Origin: Trueperaceae bacterium
Lineage (GTDB): Bacteria; Deinococcota; Deinococci; Deinococcales; Trueperaceae
Length of the DNA stretch: 62,688 nucleotides
Assembly: GCA_003556805.1 (NCBI GenBank)
Contig: PWQI01000099.1
Span: 1 to 62,688 of the forward strand
Direction: 5' to 3'
Positions 38,747 through 48,118 of the stretch are shown piece after piece. Numbering within the stretch: position 1 is the first letter of the stretch; each line of letters starts with the position of its first letter. Made by a program: the position numbers and the translations under genes. Below the pieces are notes generated by a model, which was not told the origin of the DNA, did no database searches, and saw only the letters and a program-made list of their open reading frames with translations.

Positions 38747-40281
38747 GGCGTGGCGACGGGAGGCGTCTGGCGGGCGACGCCGGCAGCGAGCTTGTTCAAC
38801 ACGTCGACGTAGGCCAGCGCCGAGGCCTCGACCACGTCGGTCGATAGGCCGCGGCCGTGGACCGAGCGCCCCTCGCTCGAGACGCGCACCGTCACCTCGC
38901 CCAAGGCGTCCTTGCCGCTGCCCACCGAGCGGATCTCGTAGGCCTCCAGCGCGATCGGCACCTGTGCGATGCGCTCGAGCGCGTGGTACACGGCGTCGAC
39001 GGGACCGTCGCCGGTGGCCGCCTCCTCGTAGCTGCCGGTGTCGGTCGTCAACCGCACGGTCGCGACCGGCGTCATGTTGGTGCCGGACTGGAACTGCACG
39101 GACTCGAGCACGTAGGTCTGCGGCACGCGCGCGGTCTCGACCTCGACGAGGGCGCGGATGTCCTCGCTGGTGACGCTCTTCTTGCGGTCGGTGAGGTCCT
39201 TGAACGCCTTGAAGAGCGTGTTGACCTTGTCGTCTTCGAGCTCTCCGTAGCCCAGGTCCTCGAGCGTGCGGCGGAAGGCACGCCTGCCCGAGTGCTTGCC
39301 CATCACGAGGACGCCCGCGTCGCGGCCGACCGTCTCGGCCGACATGATCTCGTAGGTCTCGAGGTGCTTGATGACGCCGTCTTGGTGGATGCCGGACTCG
39401 TGCGCGAACGCGTTGTCGCCGACCACCGCCTTGTTCGGCGGCACCGGCGTGCCGGTCATCATGCTCACCATGCGCGACGTGCGGTACAGCTCGCGCGTGG
39501 CGATCTGGGTGTGGTGGCCCCACACGTCCTTGCGGGTCTCGAGCGCCATCACCACCTCTTCGAGCGAGGCGTTGCCGGCTCGTTCGCCGATGCCGTTGAT
39601 GGTGCCCTCGACCTGGGTGGCCCCCGCCCCGACAGCCGCCAGCGAGTTCGCGACGGCCAGGCCGAGGTCGTCGTGGCAGTGGGTGCTGAAGTGCACGCCC
39701 TCCGCCCCGGGGATGCGCTCGCGGAGCGTGCGGATGAGCGCGGCGTACTCGTCGGGCATGCCGTAGCCCACCGTGTCGGGGATGTTGAGCGTGGTGGCGC
39801 CCGCCTCGATCGCCGCGCCGTAGAGGCGCACCAGGAAGTCGAGCTCGCTGCGGGTGCAGTCCTGCGCCGAGACCTCGACGTCGTCGACGTAGCGGCGCGC
39901 CAAGCGCACGCTCTCCAGCGAGGCCTCGATCACCTCGTCCTCGCTCTTGCGGAGCATGTGCTCGAGGTGGATCTTCGAGCCCGACGTGAACACGTGGATG
40001 CGCCCCGCGGCGGCCTGGTCGAGGGCCTGGGCGGCGCGTTCGATGTCGGCCGCGGCCGTCCGCGCCAACGCGCAGATCACCGGACCCCGCACCTCCCGGG
40101 AGATGCGCTGCACCGCGTCGAAGTCGCCCTGGCTGGTGATCGGGAAACCGGCCTCGATGATGTCGACGTTCAGCCGTGCGAGCTGCTTGGCGATCTCGAT
40201 CTTCTGCGCGGTGTTGAGCGCGACGCCGGGCGTCTGCTCACCGTCGCGGAGGGTCGTGTCGAAGATGCGGACGTGCGCCAT
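38743..40281 (-). CDS. leuA: 2-isopropylmalate synthase (short form)
   Basis: [19 protein letters not shown].... The ATG at 40281 follows a GGAGGA SD by 6 nt. The ORF-track ATG at 40293 forms part of that SD region. Confidence 0.92.
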   Translation of the reverse strand: MAHVRIFDTTLRDGEQTPGVALNTAQKIEIAKQLARLNVDIIEAGFPITSQGDFDAVQRISREVRGPVICALARTAAADIERAAQALDQAAAGRIHVFTSGSKIHLEHMLRKSEDEVIEASLESVRLARRYVDDVEVSAQDCTRSELDFLVRLYGAAIEAGATTLNIPDTVGYGMPDEYAALIRTLRERIPGAEGVHFSTHCHDDLGLAVANSLAAVGAGATQVEGTINGIGERAGNASLEEVVMALETRKDVWGHHTQIATRELYRTSRMVSMMTGTPVPPNKAVVGDNAFAHESGIHQDGVIKHLETYEIMSAETVGRDAGVLVMGKHSGRRAFRRTLEDLGYGELEDDKVNTLFKAFKDLTDRKKSVTSEDIRALVEVETARVPQTYVLESVQFQSGTNMTPVATVRLTTDTGSYEEAATGDGPVDAVYHALERIAQVPIALEAYEIRSVGSGKDALGEVTVRVSSEGRSVHGRGLSTDVVEASALAYVDVLNKLAAGVARQTPPVATP

Positions 40282-40366
40282 GGGGTCCTCCATGGGATGC
40301 TCGGCGAAGCCGAGCCGACCGGCGTGGCCGGGTGGTGCGGGACGTGGGCCGCTGCGCGCTGTGCGC

Positions 40367-41371
40367 TCAGCCCTTCTTCTGGGCGATGAACGGCATCATC
40401 GTCCGTAGTCGCGCCCCGACCTCGGCCAGTTGCGTCTCCCCCGTCGCGCGGCGCTGCGACTTCAGGCGCGGTTGGCCGGCCTGGTTCTCGAGCAGGAACT
40501 CGCGCGCGAAGGTGCCGGTCTGGATGTCGCGCAGCACCTCGCGCATCGCTGCGCGCGTCTCGTCGGTGACCATCTTCGGCCCCGTCACGTAGTCGCCGTA
40601 CTCGGCCGTGTTCGAGACCGAGTAGCGCATGCGCTCGAAGCCCCCCTCGTAGATGAGGTCGACGATCAGCTTCATCTCGTGCACGCACTCGAAGTACGCG
40701 ATCTCGGGCTGGTAGCCGGCCTCGACCAGGGTCTCGAAGCCCGCCTGCATCAGCGCGGTGACGCCGCCGCACAGGACCGACTGCTCGCCGAACAGGTCGG
40801 TCTCGGTCTCCTCCTTGAAGGTCGTGAGCAGCACGCCGCCACGGGTGCCGCCGATCGCCTTGGCGTAGGCCAGGCCGCGCTGCATGGCCGTGCCGGTGGC
40901 ATCGAAGTGCACCGCCAGGAGGCAGGGAACGCCGCCGCCTTCGGTGTAGGTGCGGCGCACCAGGTGTCCGGGGCCCTTGGGCGCGACCATGAACACGTCG
41001 ACCTCGTCGGACGGTTGGACCTGATGGAAGTGGACGTTGAAGCCGTGCGCGAAGAGCAGCGCGTTGCCGGCCTCGAGGTTCGGCGCGATCTGCTCGCGGT
41101 ACACGGTCCCCTGGACTTCGTCGGGCAGCAAGACCATGACCAAGTCGCCGGCCTTGGCGGCCTCGGGCACCTCGAGCACGCGCAGGCCGGCGGCCTCGGC
41201 CTCGGCCCAGGAGCTGGAGCCGCGGCGCAGGCCGACGACCACGTCGAGTCCCGATTCCATGGCGTTGAGCGCGTGGGCGTGGCCCTGCGAGCCATAGCCG
41301 ATCACGGCGATGGTCTGGCCCTGCAGGTGCTGGAGGTTGGCGTCGTCGTCGTAGTAGATGGTGGTGGGCAT
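40367..41371 (-). CDS. ilvC: Ketol-acid reductoisomerase (class I)
   Basis: 334 aa with the motif [13 protein letters not shown]. The rest is canonical. Confidence 0.95.
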   Translation of the reverse strand: MPTTIYYDDDANLQHLQGQTIAVIGYGSQGHAHALNAMESGLDVVVGLRRGSSSWAEAEAAGLRVLEVPEAAKAGDLVMVLLPDEVQGTVYREQIAPNLEAGNALLFAHGFNVHFHQVQPSDEVDVFMVAPKGPGHLVRRTYTEGGGVPCLLAVHFDATGTAMQRGLAYAKAIGGTRGGVLLTTFKEETETDLFGEQSVLCGGVTALMQAGFETLVEAGYQPEIAYFECVHEMKLIVDLIYEGGFERMRYSVSNTAEYGDYVTGPKMVTDETRAAMREVLRDIQTGTFAREFLLENQAGQPRLKSQRRATGETQLAEVGARLRTMMPFIAQKKG

Positions 41372-41404
41372 GCGTTGGTGTCGCTCCTCAGTGGGTGCGG
41401 CCGC

Positions 41405-41959
41405 TCAGGCGGCGCGGGTGGCGGTGTCGGTGGCGCGCTGACCGGCGCTGCGCGGGAGCGCGACGCGGCCGGTGCGGATGAGTTCGAGGATGCCGAAGCT
41501 GCGCATCTGCTCGATGAACGCGTCCGTCTTGCCCTCGTCGCCGGTGACCTCGAAGACGAGCGCGTGGCGGTCGACGTCGATGATGCGGGCGCGGAAGTCC
41601 TGGGCGATCTGGCGCAGCTCGACGCGGTCCTCGGGCGTGCGCACCGCCACCTTGATCAGCATCAACTCGCGCTCGACGTACGGGCCCTCGGAGTGGTCGA
41701 TGACCTTGACGACGTCGATCAGCTTCTGGAGCTGCTTCTGGAGCTGCTCGATGGCCGCGTCCTCCCCGAACACCACGAAGGTGGTTCGGCTCATGCCGGG
41801 GGTCTCGGACTGGGCGACGGAGAGCGACTCGATGTTGAAGCCACGCCGCGCGAACAGCGCCGCGATGCGCACGAGCACACCCGGACGGTCGCGCACGGTG
41901 ACCGACAGCACGTGGTTGCGGGCGACGTCCAACACCTGAGCGGCTTGCGTGGCGCTCAT
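41405..41959 (-). CDS. ilvN: Acetolactate synthase small (regulatory) subunit
   Basis: An ACT domain (LSVTVRDRPGVLVRIAALFARRGFNIESL) plus a C-terminal domain. ATGA overlap with ilvB. Confidence 0.92.
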   Translation of the reverse strand: MSATQAAQVLDVARNHVLSVTVRDRPGVLVRIAALFARRGFNIESLSVAQSETPGMSRTTFVVFGEDAAIEQLQKQLQKLIDVVKVIDHSEGPYVERELMLIKVAVRTPEDRVELRQIAQDFRARIIDVDRHALVFEVTGDEGKTDAFIEQMRSFGILELIRTGRVALPRSAGQRATDTATRAA

Positions 41960-43656
41960 CGCGTCACCGCCTTCTCGCCCTCGGGCTCGTCGGGTTCCTG
42001 GTCGCCGATGATCATCTCGTCCACGCCGGCGCCGGCCGGGATCATCGGGAAGACCTTCTCCGACTCGTACACGACGAAGTTGAGCAGCACCGGCTTCTTC
42101 GCGGCCAGCGCCTCGGGGATGATGCGCGCCGCGGTCTCACGGTCGAACACGTTGTGCCCCTCGATCCCGTACGCCTCGGCGAGCTTGGCGAAGTCGGGGT
42201 TCGAGTCCGCCAGGAAGACCTCGGAGTAGCGCTGGGCGTGGAACATCTCCTGCCACTGCCGCACCATGCCGAGCATGCCGTTGTTGGTGATGGCGATGAC
42301 GATCGGCAGCTGGTGCTTGTAGATGGTGGCGAGCTCCTGGATGTTCATCTGGATGCTGCCGTCGCCCGCGACGCACACGACCGTCTCGCCGGGCCGCGCG
42401 AAGGCTGCGCCGATGGCGGCCGGCAGGCCGAAGCCCATGGTTCCCAGGCCCCCGGAACTGATCCAGGTACGCGGCTTCGAGGTCGGGAAGAGGCGAGCGG
42501 CGAACATCTGGTGCTGTCCGACCTCGGTGGTGACCACGCAGTCGCCACCCGTGGCACGCTCGAGCATCTGGATAACCTCTTGCGACACGAGCGGCTTGTC
42601 GGTCTTGAAGCGCTCCGGGTAGCGGGCCTTCCACTCCTTGAGCTGCGCCCACCAGTCGTCGAGCGCGAGCGGTCCGAGCTGCTCGGTCAAGCGCGGCAGC
42701 ACGTCGCGCAGGTCACCGACGACGGGCACGTGGGCCTTGACGAGCTTCGAGATCTCGGCGGGGGCGACGTCGATGTGCACGATGGTGGCGTTCGGCGCGA
42801 AGCGCGACAGCTTGCCGGTGACGCGGTCGTCGAAGCGCAGCCCCGCGCCGACGATGAGGTCGCAGTGGGTGATCGCTCGGTTGGCCGTCACGGTGCCGTG
42901 CATGCCGGGCATGCCCAGCGCCTGATCGGCGCCGGCCGGGTACGCGCCGATGCCCATCAGCGTCGTGATCACCGGGATGCCGGTGACCTCGGCGAAGCGC
43001 ATCACGGCCTCGGGTGAGCTCTGGCCCCCGCCGCCGACCATCATGACGGGACGCTGGGCGTCCCTGATCGCGTTCGCCGCGCGCTTGATCTGGCGGGCGT
43101 TGCCGATCAGCGTCGGCCGGTAGCCGGGGAGGTCGACCTCGACGTCGAAGGTGCCCGTAAACTCCGCCTGCTGGACGTCCTTGGGGATGTCGATCAGGAC
43201 GGGACCGGGCCGCCCGGTCGAGGCGATGTGGAAGGCCTCGGTGACGACCATCGGGATGTCGTCGACGTGCTGCACCAGGTAGTTGTGCTTGGTGATCGGC
43301 AGCGTGATCCCGGTGACGTCGGCCTCTTGGAACGCATCGGTCCCGATGAGCGCGCTGGGCACGTTGCCGGTGACCGCGATGAGCGCCGACGAGTCCATGT
43401 GGGCGGTGGCGAGGCCGGTCACGAGGTTGGTGGCACCCGGTCCGCTGGTGGCGAAACAGACGCCCACGCGGCCCGACGCCCGGTAGTAGGCGTCCGCTGC
43501 GTGCGCGCCGGCCTGCTCGTGGCGTACCAGCACGTGCCGGATCGGGGAGTCATAAAGCGCGTCGTAGACGGGCATGATAGCCCCGCCCGGATGACCGAAC
43601 ACGGTGGTCACCCCGTGGCGCTCGAGCGCTTTGAGCAGCGCTGCGGCGCCGTTCAC
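41956..43656 (-). CDS. ilvB: Acetolactate synthase large subunit
   Basis: The GTG start gives VNGAAALLKALERHGVTTVFGHPGGAIMPVYDAL. The ThDP motif GLGTMGFGLPAAIGA...GDGSIQMN is present. Confidence 0.95.
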   Translation of the reverse strand: MNGAAALLKALERHGVTTVFGHPGGAIMPVYDALYDSPIRHVLVRHEQAGAHAADAYYRASGRVGVCFATSGPGATNLVTGLATAHMDSSALIAVTGNVPSALIGTDAFQEADVTGITLPITKHNYLVQHVDDIPMVVTEAFHIASTGRPGPVLIDIPKDVQQAEFTGTFDVEVDLPGYRPTLIGNARQIKRAANAIRDAQRPVMMVGGGGQSSPEAVMRFAEVTGIPVITTLMGIGAYPAGADQALGMPGMHGTVTANRAITHCDLIVGAGLRFDDRVTGKLSRFAPNATIVHIDVAPAEISKLVKAHVPVVGDLRDVLPRLTEQLGPLALDDWWAQLKEWKARYPERFKTDKPLVSQEVIQMLERATGGDCVVTTEVGQHQMFAARLFPTSKPRTWISSGGLGTMGFGLPAAIGAAFARPGETVVCVAGDGSIQMNIQELATIYKHQLPIVIAITNNGMLGMVRQWQEMFHAQRYSEVFLADSNPDFAKLAEAYGIEGHNVFDRETAARIIPEALAAKKPVLLNFVVYESEKVFPMIPAGAGVDEMIIGDQEPDEPEGEKAVTR

Positions 43657-43673
43657 GAACTCGGTCCCATCAT
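43653..43673 (-). CDS. Six-codon mini-ORF (MMGPSS) behind the only strong SD upstream of ilvB; its stop overlaps the ilvB GTG
   Basis: Minus strand: GGGGAGGAGAGG cacg ATG ATG GGA CCG AGT TCG TGA, and the GTG of ilvB sits within TCGTGA. The SD is 21 nt from the ilvB GTG, too far for direct use. Confidence 0.35.
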   Translation of the reverse strand: MMGPSS

Positions 43674-43730
43674 CGTGCCTCTCCTCCCCGTGCGCGCTTA
43701 CGCGCTACACGACGGCCTCGCTCACGACAA

Positions 43731-43763
43731 GACCCCGCCAGGCAATATGACCGTGGCGGGGTC
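43731..43763 (-). terminator. Attenuator terminator hairpin in the ilvB leader
   Basis: Minus strand: GACCCCGCCA cggtcatattgcc TGGCGGGGTC, followed by TTGTCGT. Confidence 0.6.
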
Positions 43764-43802
43764 CAGCGACGTCGACCGCAGGCGGTGAGCCGGCGCTTCC
43801 CC

Positions 43803-43868
43803 CTAGCCCGGTAGGGCCAGGAGAATCGCGTGCAGCAGGGTGTTGGTACGCATCTGCCGACAGCTCAT
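43803..43868 (-). CDS. ilv-leu leader peptide, 21 aa: MSCRQMRTNTLLHAILLALPG
   Basis: The ATG lies 8 nt after the -10 box. Six of nine consecutive codons are Leu or Ile (CTG CTG .. .. ATT CTC CTG .. CTA). A TAG stop follows, and the terminator hairpin begins 40 nt later. Confidence 0.55.
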   Translation of the reverse strand: MSCRQMRTNTLLHAILLALPG

Positions 43869-43876
43869 CGCTGGGC

Positions 43877-43905
43877 AGCATACGTGGTGCTACACTACAT
43901 GTCAA
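43877..43905 (-). promoter_or_regulatory. ilvB operon promoter, TTGACA-N17-TATGCT
   Basis: On the minus strand the -35 is at 43900..43905 and the -10 at 43877..43882. Confidence 0.65.
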
Positions 43906-43986
43906 CCGAGGCTCGTCGCACGCATGCCGTCTGCATGGGCGCTCCCGCGCGTTGGCGCGGACGCCGCACCATATGGAGGTGCCGCC

Positions 43987-44319
43987 ATCGAAACGCTACG
44001 CGTGTCCGCAGGCTCGAGGCCCAACGCGGTCGCCGGGGCGATCGCGGCCCTGTTGCGTCAGACCGGCGCCGTCGAGGTCCAGGCGATCGGCCCGCACGCC
44101 GTGAACCAAGCCGTCAAGGCGTTGGCCGTGGCACGGAGTTACCTGGAACAGGACCAGCTCGACCTCACGGCCGCTCCGAGCTTCGTCAAACTCGAGCTGC
44201 ACGACGAGGAACGCACCGCCGTCCGCTTCGACGTCACCGCGCACCCCCGCGCGTCGGCCTCCGACACTGCGGGTGCGACGGCCGTCGGCGACGGCGAGGC
44301 CGACCAGCCGGTGCACTGA
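43987..44319 (+). CDS. spoVS: SpoVS-family protein with Ala/Asp-rich C-terminal tail
   Basis: The conserved core is (M/I)ETLRVSAGSRPNAVAGAIAALLRQTGAVEVQAIGPHAVNQAVKALAVARSYL.... It begins at an ATC (43987) 6 nt after a GGAGGT SD. The nearest canonical in-frame start is the ATG at 43924. Confidence 0.8.
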   Translation: METLRVSAGSRPNAVAGAIAALLRQTGAVEVQAIGPHAVNQAVKALAVARSYLEQDQLDLTAAPSFVKLELHDEERTAVRFDVTAHPRASASDTAGATAVGDGEADQPVH

Positions 44320-44457
44320 CGACGCCGCCTGCCTCAGTTCGCGCTCATCGAACCTGCGTAGCATAGACGCAGATAGCGGTGCCGTATGCTCGATTCGGTA
44401 CCGCGCGCCCGCACGTTGCCACCGGCGACGCGCGGGCGCCACGTGAGAGGCGACACC

Positions 44458-45135
44458 ATGATCCTGTTCGATACCGGCTACCTCATCATCGGCCTCATCG
44501 CCTTCGTCGGCTCGCTCGCCGTCCAGGGCTGGCTCCGCAGCACGTACGGCACGTGGAGCAAACGTCCCAACACCGCGGGCCTCACCGGCCAGCAGGTGGC
44601 GCGCGCGATCTTGCGCGAGAACGGCTTGAACGACGTCCAGGTGGTGGCGACACCCGGCGACCTCACCGACCACTACGACCCCCGCAAGCGGGTGGTCGCG
44701 TTGTCGCAGCACAACTACTCCCAGGCCAGCGTCGCCGCCGTGGCGGTCGCCGCACACGAGGTCGGTCACGCGCTGCAGCACGCCAAGGGGTACGCCCCGC
44801 TGCGCTGGCGCAGCGCCGTGCTCCCCTTGGCACAGATCGGGAGCCAGTGGGGACCGATGCTGGCGATCTTCGGCATCATGCTCGGCTTCGGTGGCCTGCT
44901 CGACGTCGGCATCGTGCTCTTCGGCGCCGCGGTCGTGTTCCAACTCGTCACGTTGCCCGTGGAGTTCGACGCCTCGAACCGGGCCCTCGCGCAGATGCGC
45001 AACCTGGGCGTCGTGACCAGCACCGACGAGGGCGGCTCGCGGGCCGTGCTGAACGCTGCCGCGCTGACCTACGTCGCCGCTGCCGCGACCTCGATCATGT
45101 ACCTGCTGTACTTCATCATGCAGAGCCGCCGCTGA
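44458..45135 (+). CDS. Zinc metallopeptidase, Zn_peptidase_2 (YugP-like) family
   Basis: MILFDTGYLIIG..., then HYDPRKRVVALS and the HEVGHALQH zinc motif. C-terminal TM helices are present. Confidence 0.85.
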   Translation: MILFDTGYLIIGLIAFVGSLAVQGWLRSTYGTWSKRPNTAGLTGQQVARAILRENGLNDVQVVATPGDLTDHYDPRKRVVALSQHNYSQASVAAVAVAAHEVGHALQHAKGYAPLRWRSAVLPLAQIGSQWGPMLAIFGIMLGFGGLLDVGIVLFGAAVVFQLVTLPVEFDASNRALAQMRNLGVVTSTDEGGSRAVLNAAALTYVAAAATSIMYLLYFIMQSRR

Positions 45136-45197
45136 GCCGCGGTCGCGCCAGCCCCGGTGCGCCCGCTGCGCAGCCACACGACCCCGGACGCGAGGCC

Positions 45198-46436
45198 GTG
45201 CTGCGCGTCGTGGCCGAGGTCATCGGTGGCGGCAGGCATCTGGCGCCGGCCCTCGATGCCACCCTCGGCGGCATCGCCGAACGCGAGGTGCGCGCGTTCG
45301 TGACCGACGTCGCGTACGGCGTGGTGCGCCACGTCCGTGCCCTCGAGGCCGCGCTCGCGCCTCGACTCGAGGCACCGGAGCGGCTGCCGGAGCGCGTGCG
45401 CCTGGCGCTCCTCGCCGGCGCGTTCGAGCGGCTGCTGCGCGGCACGCCGCCGCACGCCGCCGTCAACTCGTGGGTCGAGGTCGTCAAGCGTGGGCCGCGC
45501 GCCGACCGGGCGCTCGCGGGTCTCGTCAACGCCGTCCTGCGACGGATCGGGCCGGACGACCTCCCGACACCCCTCGGCGCCGGCTGCCTCGAACCCTGGC
45601 TGTTCGAGCGGTTGACGCTCGCGCTGGGCAGCGACCTGGCCGAGCGTGCGGCGCTCGGCATGCTGAGGCCCGAGCCGTTGTGGTTGAGTGCGCCCGACGC
45701 GGACGCCGCGCGGGCGCGGCTCGCCGACGACGGCGCCGACGTCGCCGACGGACCGATCGAGGGCAGCCTGCGCGTCCGCGCGCCGCGGCCCTTGCGCGCC
45801 CTCGCCGCGTATCGCGAGGGCCTGGTCCAGCCGCAGAACCCCGCGTCGCTCGCCGTCGTGCATGCCTGCGGCGAGGTGGCAGACATGCGCGTGCTCGATC
45901 TCTGCGGCGGTCACGGCGTCAAGGCGGTGGCCCTCGCCGCGCGCGGTGCGCACGTGCTCAGCGTGGAGCGCGACGAGGCCAAGCTGCGCGCGGCGGCACG
46001 CAACGCGCAGCGGCTCGGGGTCGCCGTGGACGCCCTCGCGTGGGACCTGACCACAGCGCCGCCGCTCGAGCCCGCTCAGGTCGTGCTGCTCGACGCCCCG
46101 TGCAGCGGCACCGGGACCCTCCGTGGACACCCCGAGATCGGCCTGCGCCTGACACCGGCGGCCGTGGCATCGCTGGTCGAGCTCCAGGCGCAACTGCTGC
46201 GCACCGCGCTCGCGTGCGTGGCGCCGGGCGGACGGCTCGTCTACGCCGTGTGCTCCCTGACGCCCGACGAGGGTCCGCACCAGATCGAGCGGCTGCTGGC
46301 CGAGTCACCGGCCTTCGTGCCAGAGGCACCGATGCTGGACCTGCCGCACGTAGCGGCCGCAGGCCCCGGCGCCTGGATCGTTCCCGAGGACGGTCTCGAC
46401 GGCTTCTACGTCGCGGCGCTGCGCCGCGCCGGTTGA
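45198..46436 (+). CDS. rsmB: 16S rRNA (cytosine-C5)-methyltransferase RsmB-like (NusB-like N-domain plus SAM MTase)
   Basis: The motifs LLDAPCSGTGTLR and YAVCSL are present. The start is uncertain: the first in-frame GTG after the peptidase stop is at 45198. Confidence 0.8.
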   Translation: MLRVVAEVIGGGRHLAPALDATLGGIAEREVRAFVTDVAYGVVRHVRALEAALAPRLEAPERLPERVRLALLAGAFERLLRGTPPHAAVNSWVEVVKRGPRADRALAGLVNAVLRRIGPDDLPTPLGAGCLEPWLFERLTLALGSDLAERAALGMLRPEPLWLSAPDADAARARLADDGADVADGPIEGSLRVRAPRPLRALAAYREGLVQPQNPASLAVVHACGEVADMRVLDLCGGHGVKAVALAARGAHVLSVERDEAKLRAAARNAQRLGVAVDALAWDLTTAPPLEPAQVVLLDAPCSGTGTLRGHPEIGLRLTPAAVASLVELQAQLLRTALACVAPGGRLVYAVCSLTPDEGPHQIERLLAESPAFVPEAPMLDLPHVAAAGPGAWIVPEDGLDGFYVAALRRAG

Positions 46437-46452
46437 GCGTGTAGCCTCGCGC

Positions 46453-47358
46453 ATGGCAGCCCCCTGGCAGCAGCTCTCGGCCCACGCCTGGCTCGTGCCT
46501 GGCGCCGTCAACAGCGTGGTGCTCGAGCACGCGGGGCGCGCCGTGGTGATCGACACCGGCGCCGACCGCGACGCCGGCAAGCGCCTGGTGCGCGGGTTGC
46601 GCGAGCGCTCCTGGCGGCTCGAGGCGATCGTGACCACCCACGCGCACGCCGATCACGTCGGCGGGCACGCCGCGGTGCTGCGGCAACTCGACGTGCCGGT
46701 GTACGCGCCTGCGATCGAGGCCGAGCTCATGCGCGCACCGGTGCTCGAACCGATCTACCTGTTCCACGGTGCCGCGCCGCTCCCCGAGCTCACGACCCGC
46801 TGGCTCCAGGCCGAGCCGAGCCGCGTCGACGTCGTCGCCGAGGCCGGCGCGCTCGACCTGATCGGGCTGCCGCTCGAACTCATCGCGGTCGACGGACACG
46901 CCATCCGTCAGCTGGCCGTGCGGGTCGACGATGTCTTGATCGCCGGCGACGCCGTGTTCGGCGCAGCGATCGCCGCGCGCTACCCGCTGCTCTTCGGCCA
47001 CGACGTGGTCGCTCAACGCCACTCGGCCGAGCGCGTCGGGGCCGACGCCGCGCGCCTCGCGGTGCCCGGGCACGGCGAACCGGCACCCCCGCGCCAGCTG
47101 GCAGCCGTGACCATCGACGCCATCGACGCGGCGCATGCGGCGCTGCGAAGCGCCCTGGCGGCCCGGCCCGATGGCGTCGAGACGGCAGCCGTCGTGCGCG
47201 CCGTCGCGGCCGCCACCGGAGCTCGCATGGACGACCTACCGCGCTGGCACCTCAACCACACCACGGTCTGCGCCTACCTCGCGGCGGCGCGCGCCGCGGG
47301 CGAGGCCGACGTGCGGATCGACGACGGTCGACTGCTCTGGTTCGCACGCCCCGCCTGA
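46453..47358 (+). CDS. MBL-fold metallo-hydrolase
   Basis: The motif THAHADHVGG lies within a 301-aa ORF. Confidence 0.8.
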   Translation: MAAPWQQLSAHAWLVPGAVNSVVLEHAGRAVVIDTGADRDAGKRLVRGLRERSWRLEAIVTTHAHADHVGGHAAVLRQLDVPVYAPAIEAELMRAPVLEPIYLFHGAAPLPELTTRWLQAEPSRVDVVAEAGALDLIGLPLELIAVDGHAIRQLAVRVDDVLIAGDAVFGAAIAARYPLLFGHDVVAQRHSAERVGADAARLAVPGHGEPAPPRQLAAVTIDAIDAAHAALRSALAARPDGVETAAVVRAVAAATGARMDDLPRWHLNHTTVCAYLAAARAAGEADVRIDDGRLLWFARPA

Positions 47359-47417
47359 CGGCGCCGCACGGACGAGCCTGCGTCGCGACGTCCGAGCGCG
47401 CGGCGCGGGGCGGAGGG

Positions 47418-48068
47418 TCAGGGCGCGTCGGCGCCGATCAGCAGCTCGGGCTGCGGCTCGGCCCGCAGCGCCTGCGCGACCGCATCCGCCACGTCGGCCG
47501 GCGCCAGCGCACCCTTGGGCGCGCCGCCGAGCGGGGCCCACAGGTCGGTCGCCACCGCTCCGGGTCGCACCACGGTCACGCTCACACGCTGGCGCCGCAG
47601 CTCGAGGGCAGCCACGCGGGCGACGCCGTCGACACCCGCCTTGCTGGCGGCGTAGGCCGCCATGCCGCGCGCAGCCGACAGCTCGGGCCGGGCGCCCAAC
47701 ACCAGGACGCGACCGCCCTTGGCAAGCCTCGGCGCCAGGTGCTTCACGGTCAACGCGAAGCCCCAGACGTTCGCGCCCCACTGCGTCTCCCAGGCCGCCA
47801 CGTCCGCGTCGCTCAAAGCGCCGGGGAGGGCCGCGCCGACCGCGTACACGAGCACGTCGATGTCGGGGAGGTCGTCGGCGAGCGCTGCGACCTCGAGCTC
47901 GACGGCGACGTCGGCCCCCAACGCACGTGCGGCGCCGAGGTCGCCGCGCAGGCGTCCGAGGGCGGCGGCGTCGCGGCCGACGAGCGTGAGATCGAACGCA
48001 GGGGCCAGGGCGCGCGCGATGGCGCTGCCGATCCCGCCGGTGGCTCCGATGATCATGGCATGAGGCAT
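47418..48068 (-). CDS. Short-chain dehydrogenase/reductase
   Basis: IIGATGGIGSAIA and YAASKAG are present. The ATG at 48068 lies 6 nt after a TACCAT -10 box (48075..48080, minus strand). Confidence 0.85.
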   Translation of the reverse strand: MPHAMIIGATGGIGSAIARALAPAFDLTLVGRDAAALGRLRGDLGAARALGADVAVELEVAALADDLPDIDVLVYAVGAALPGALSDADVAAWETQWGANVWGFALTVKHLAPRLAKGGRVLVLGARPELSAARGMAAYAASKAGVDGVARVAALELRRQRVSVTVVRPGAVATDLWAPLGGAPKGALAPADVADAVAQALRAEPQPELLIGADAP

Positions 48069-48118
48069 GCGGGCATGGTAGCGACGCCACGGCGCTTCAC
48101 GCCGTAGGCTGCGACGCG

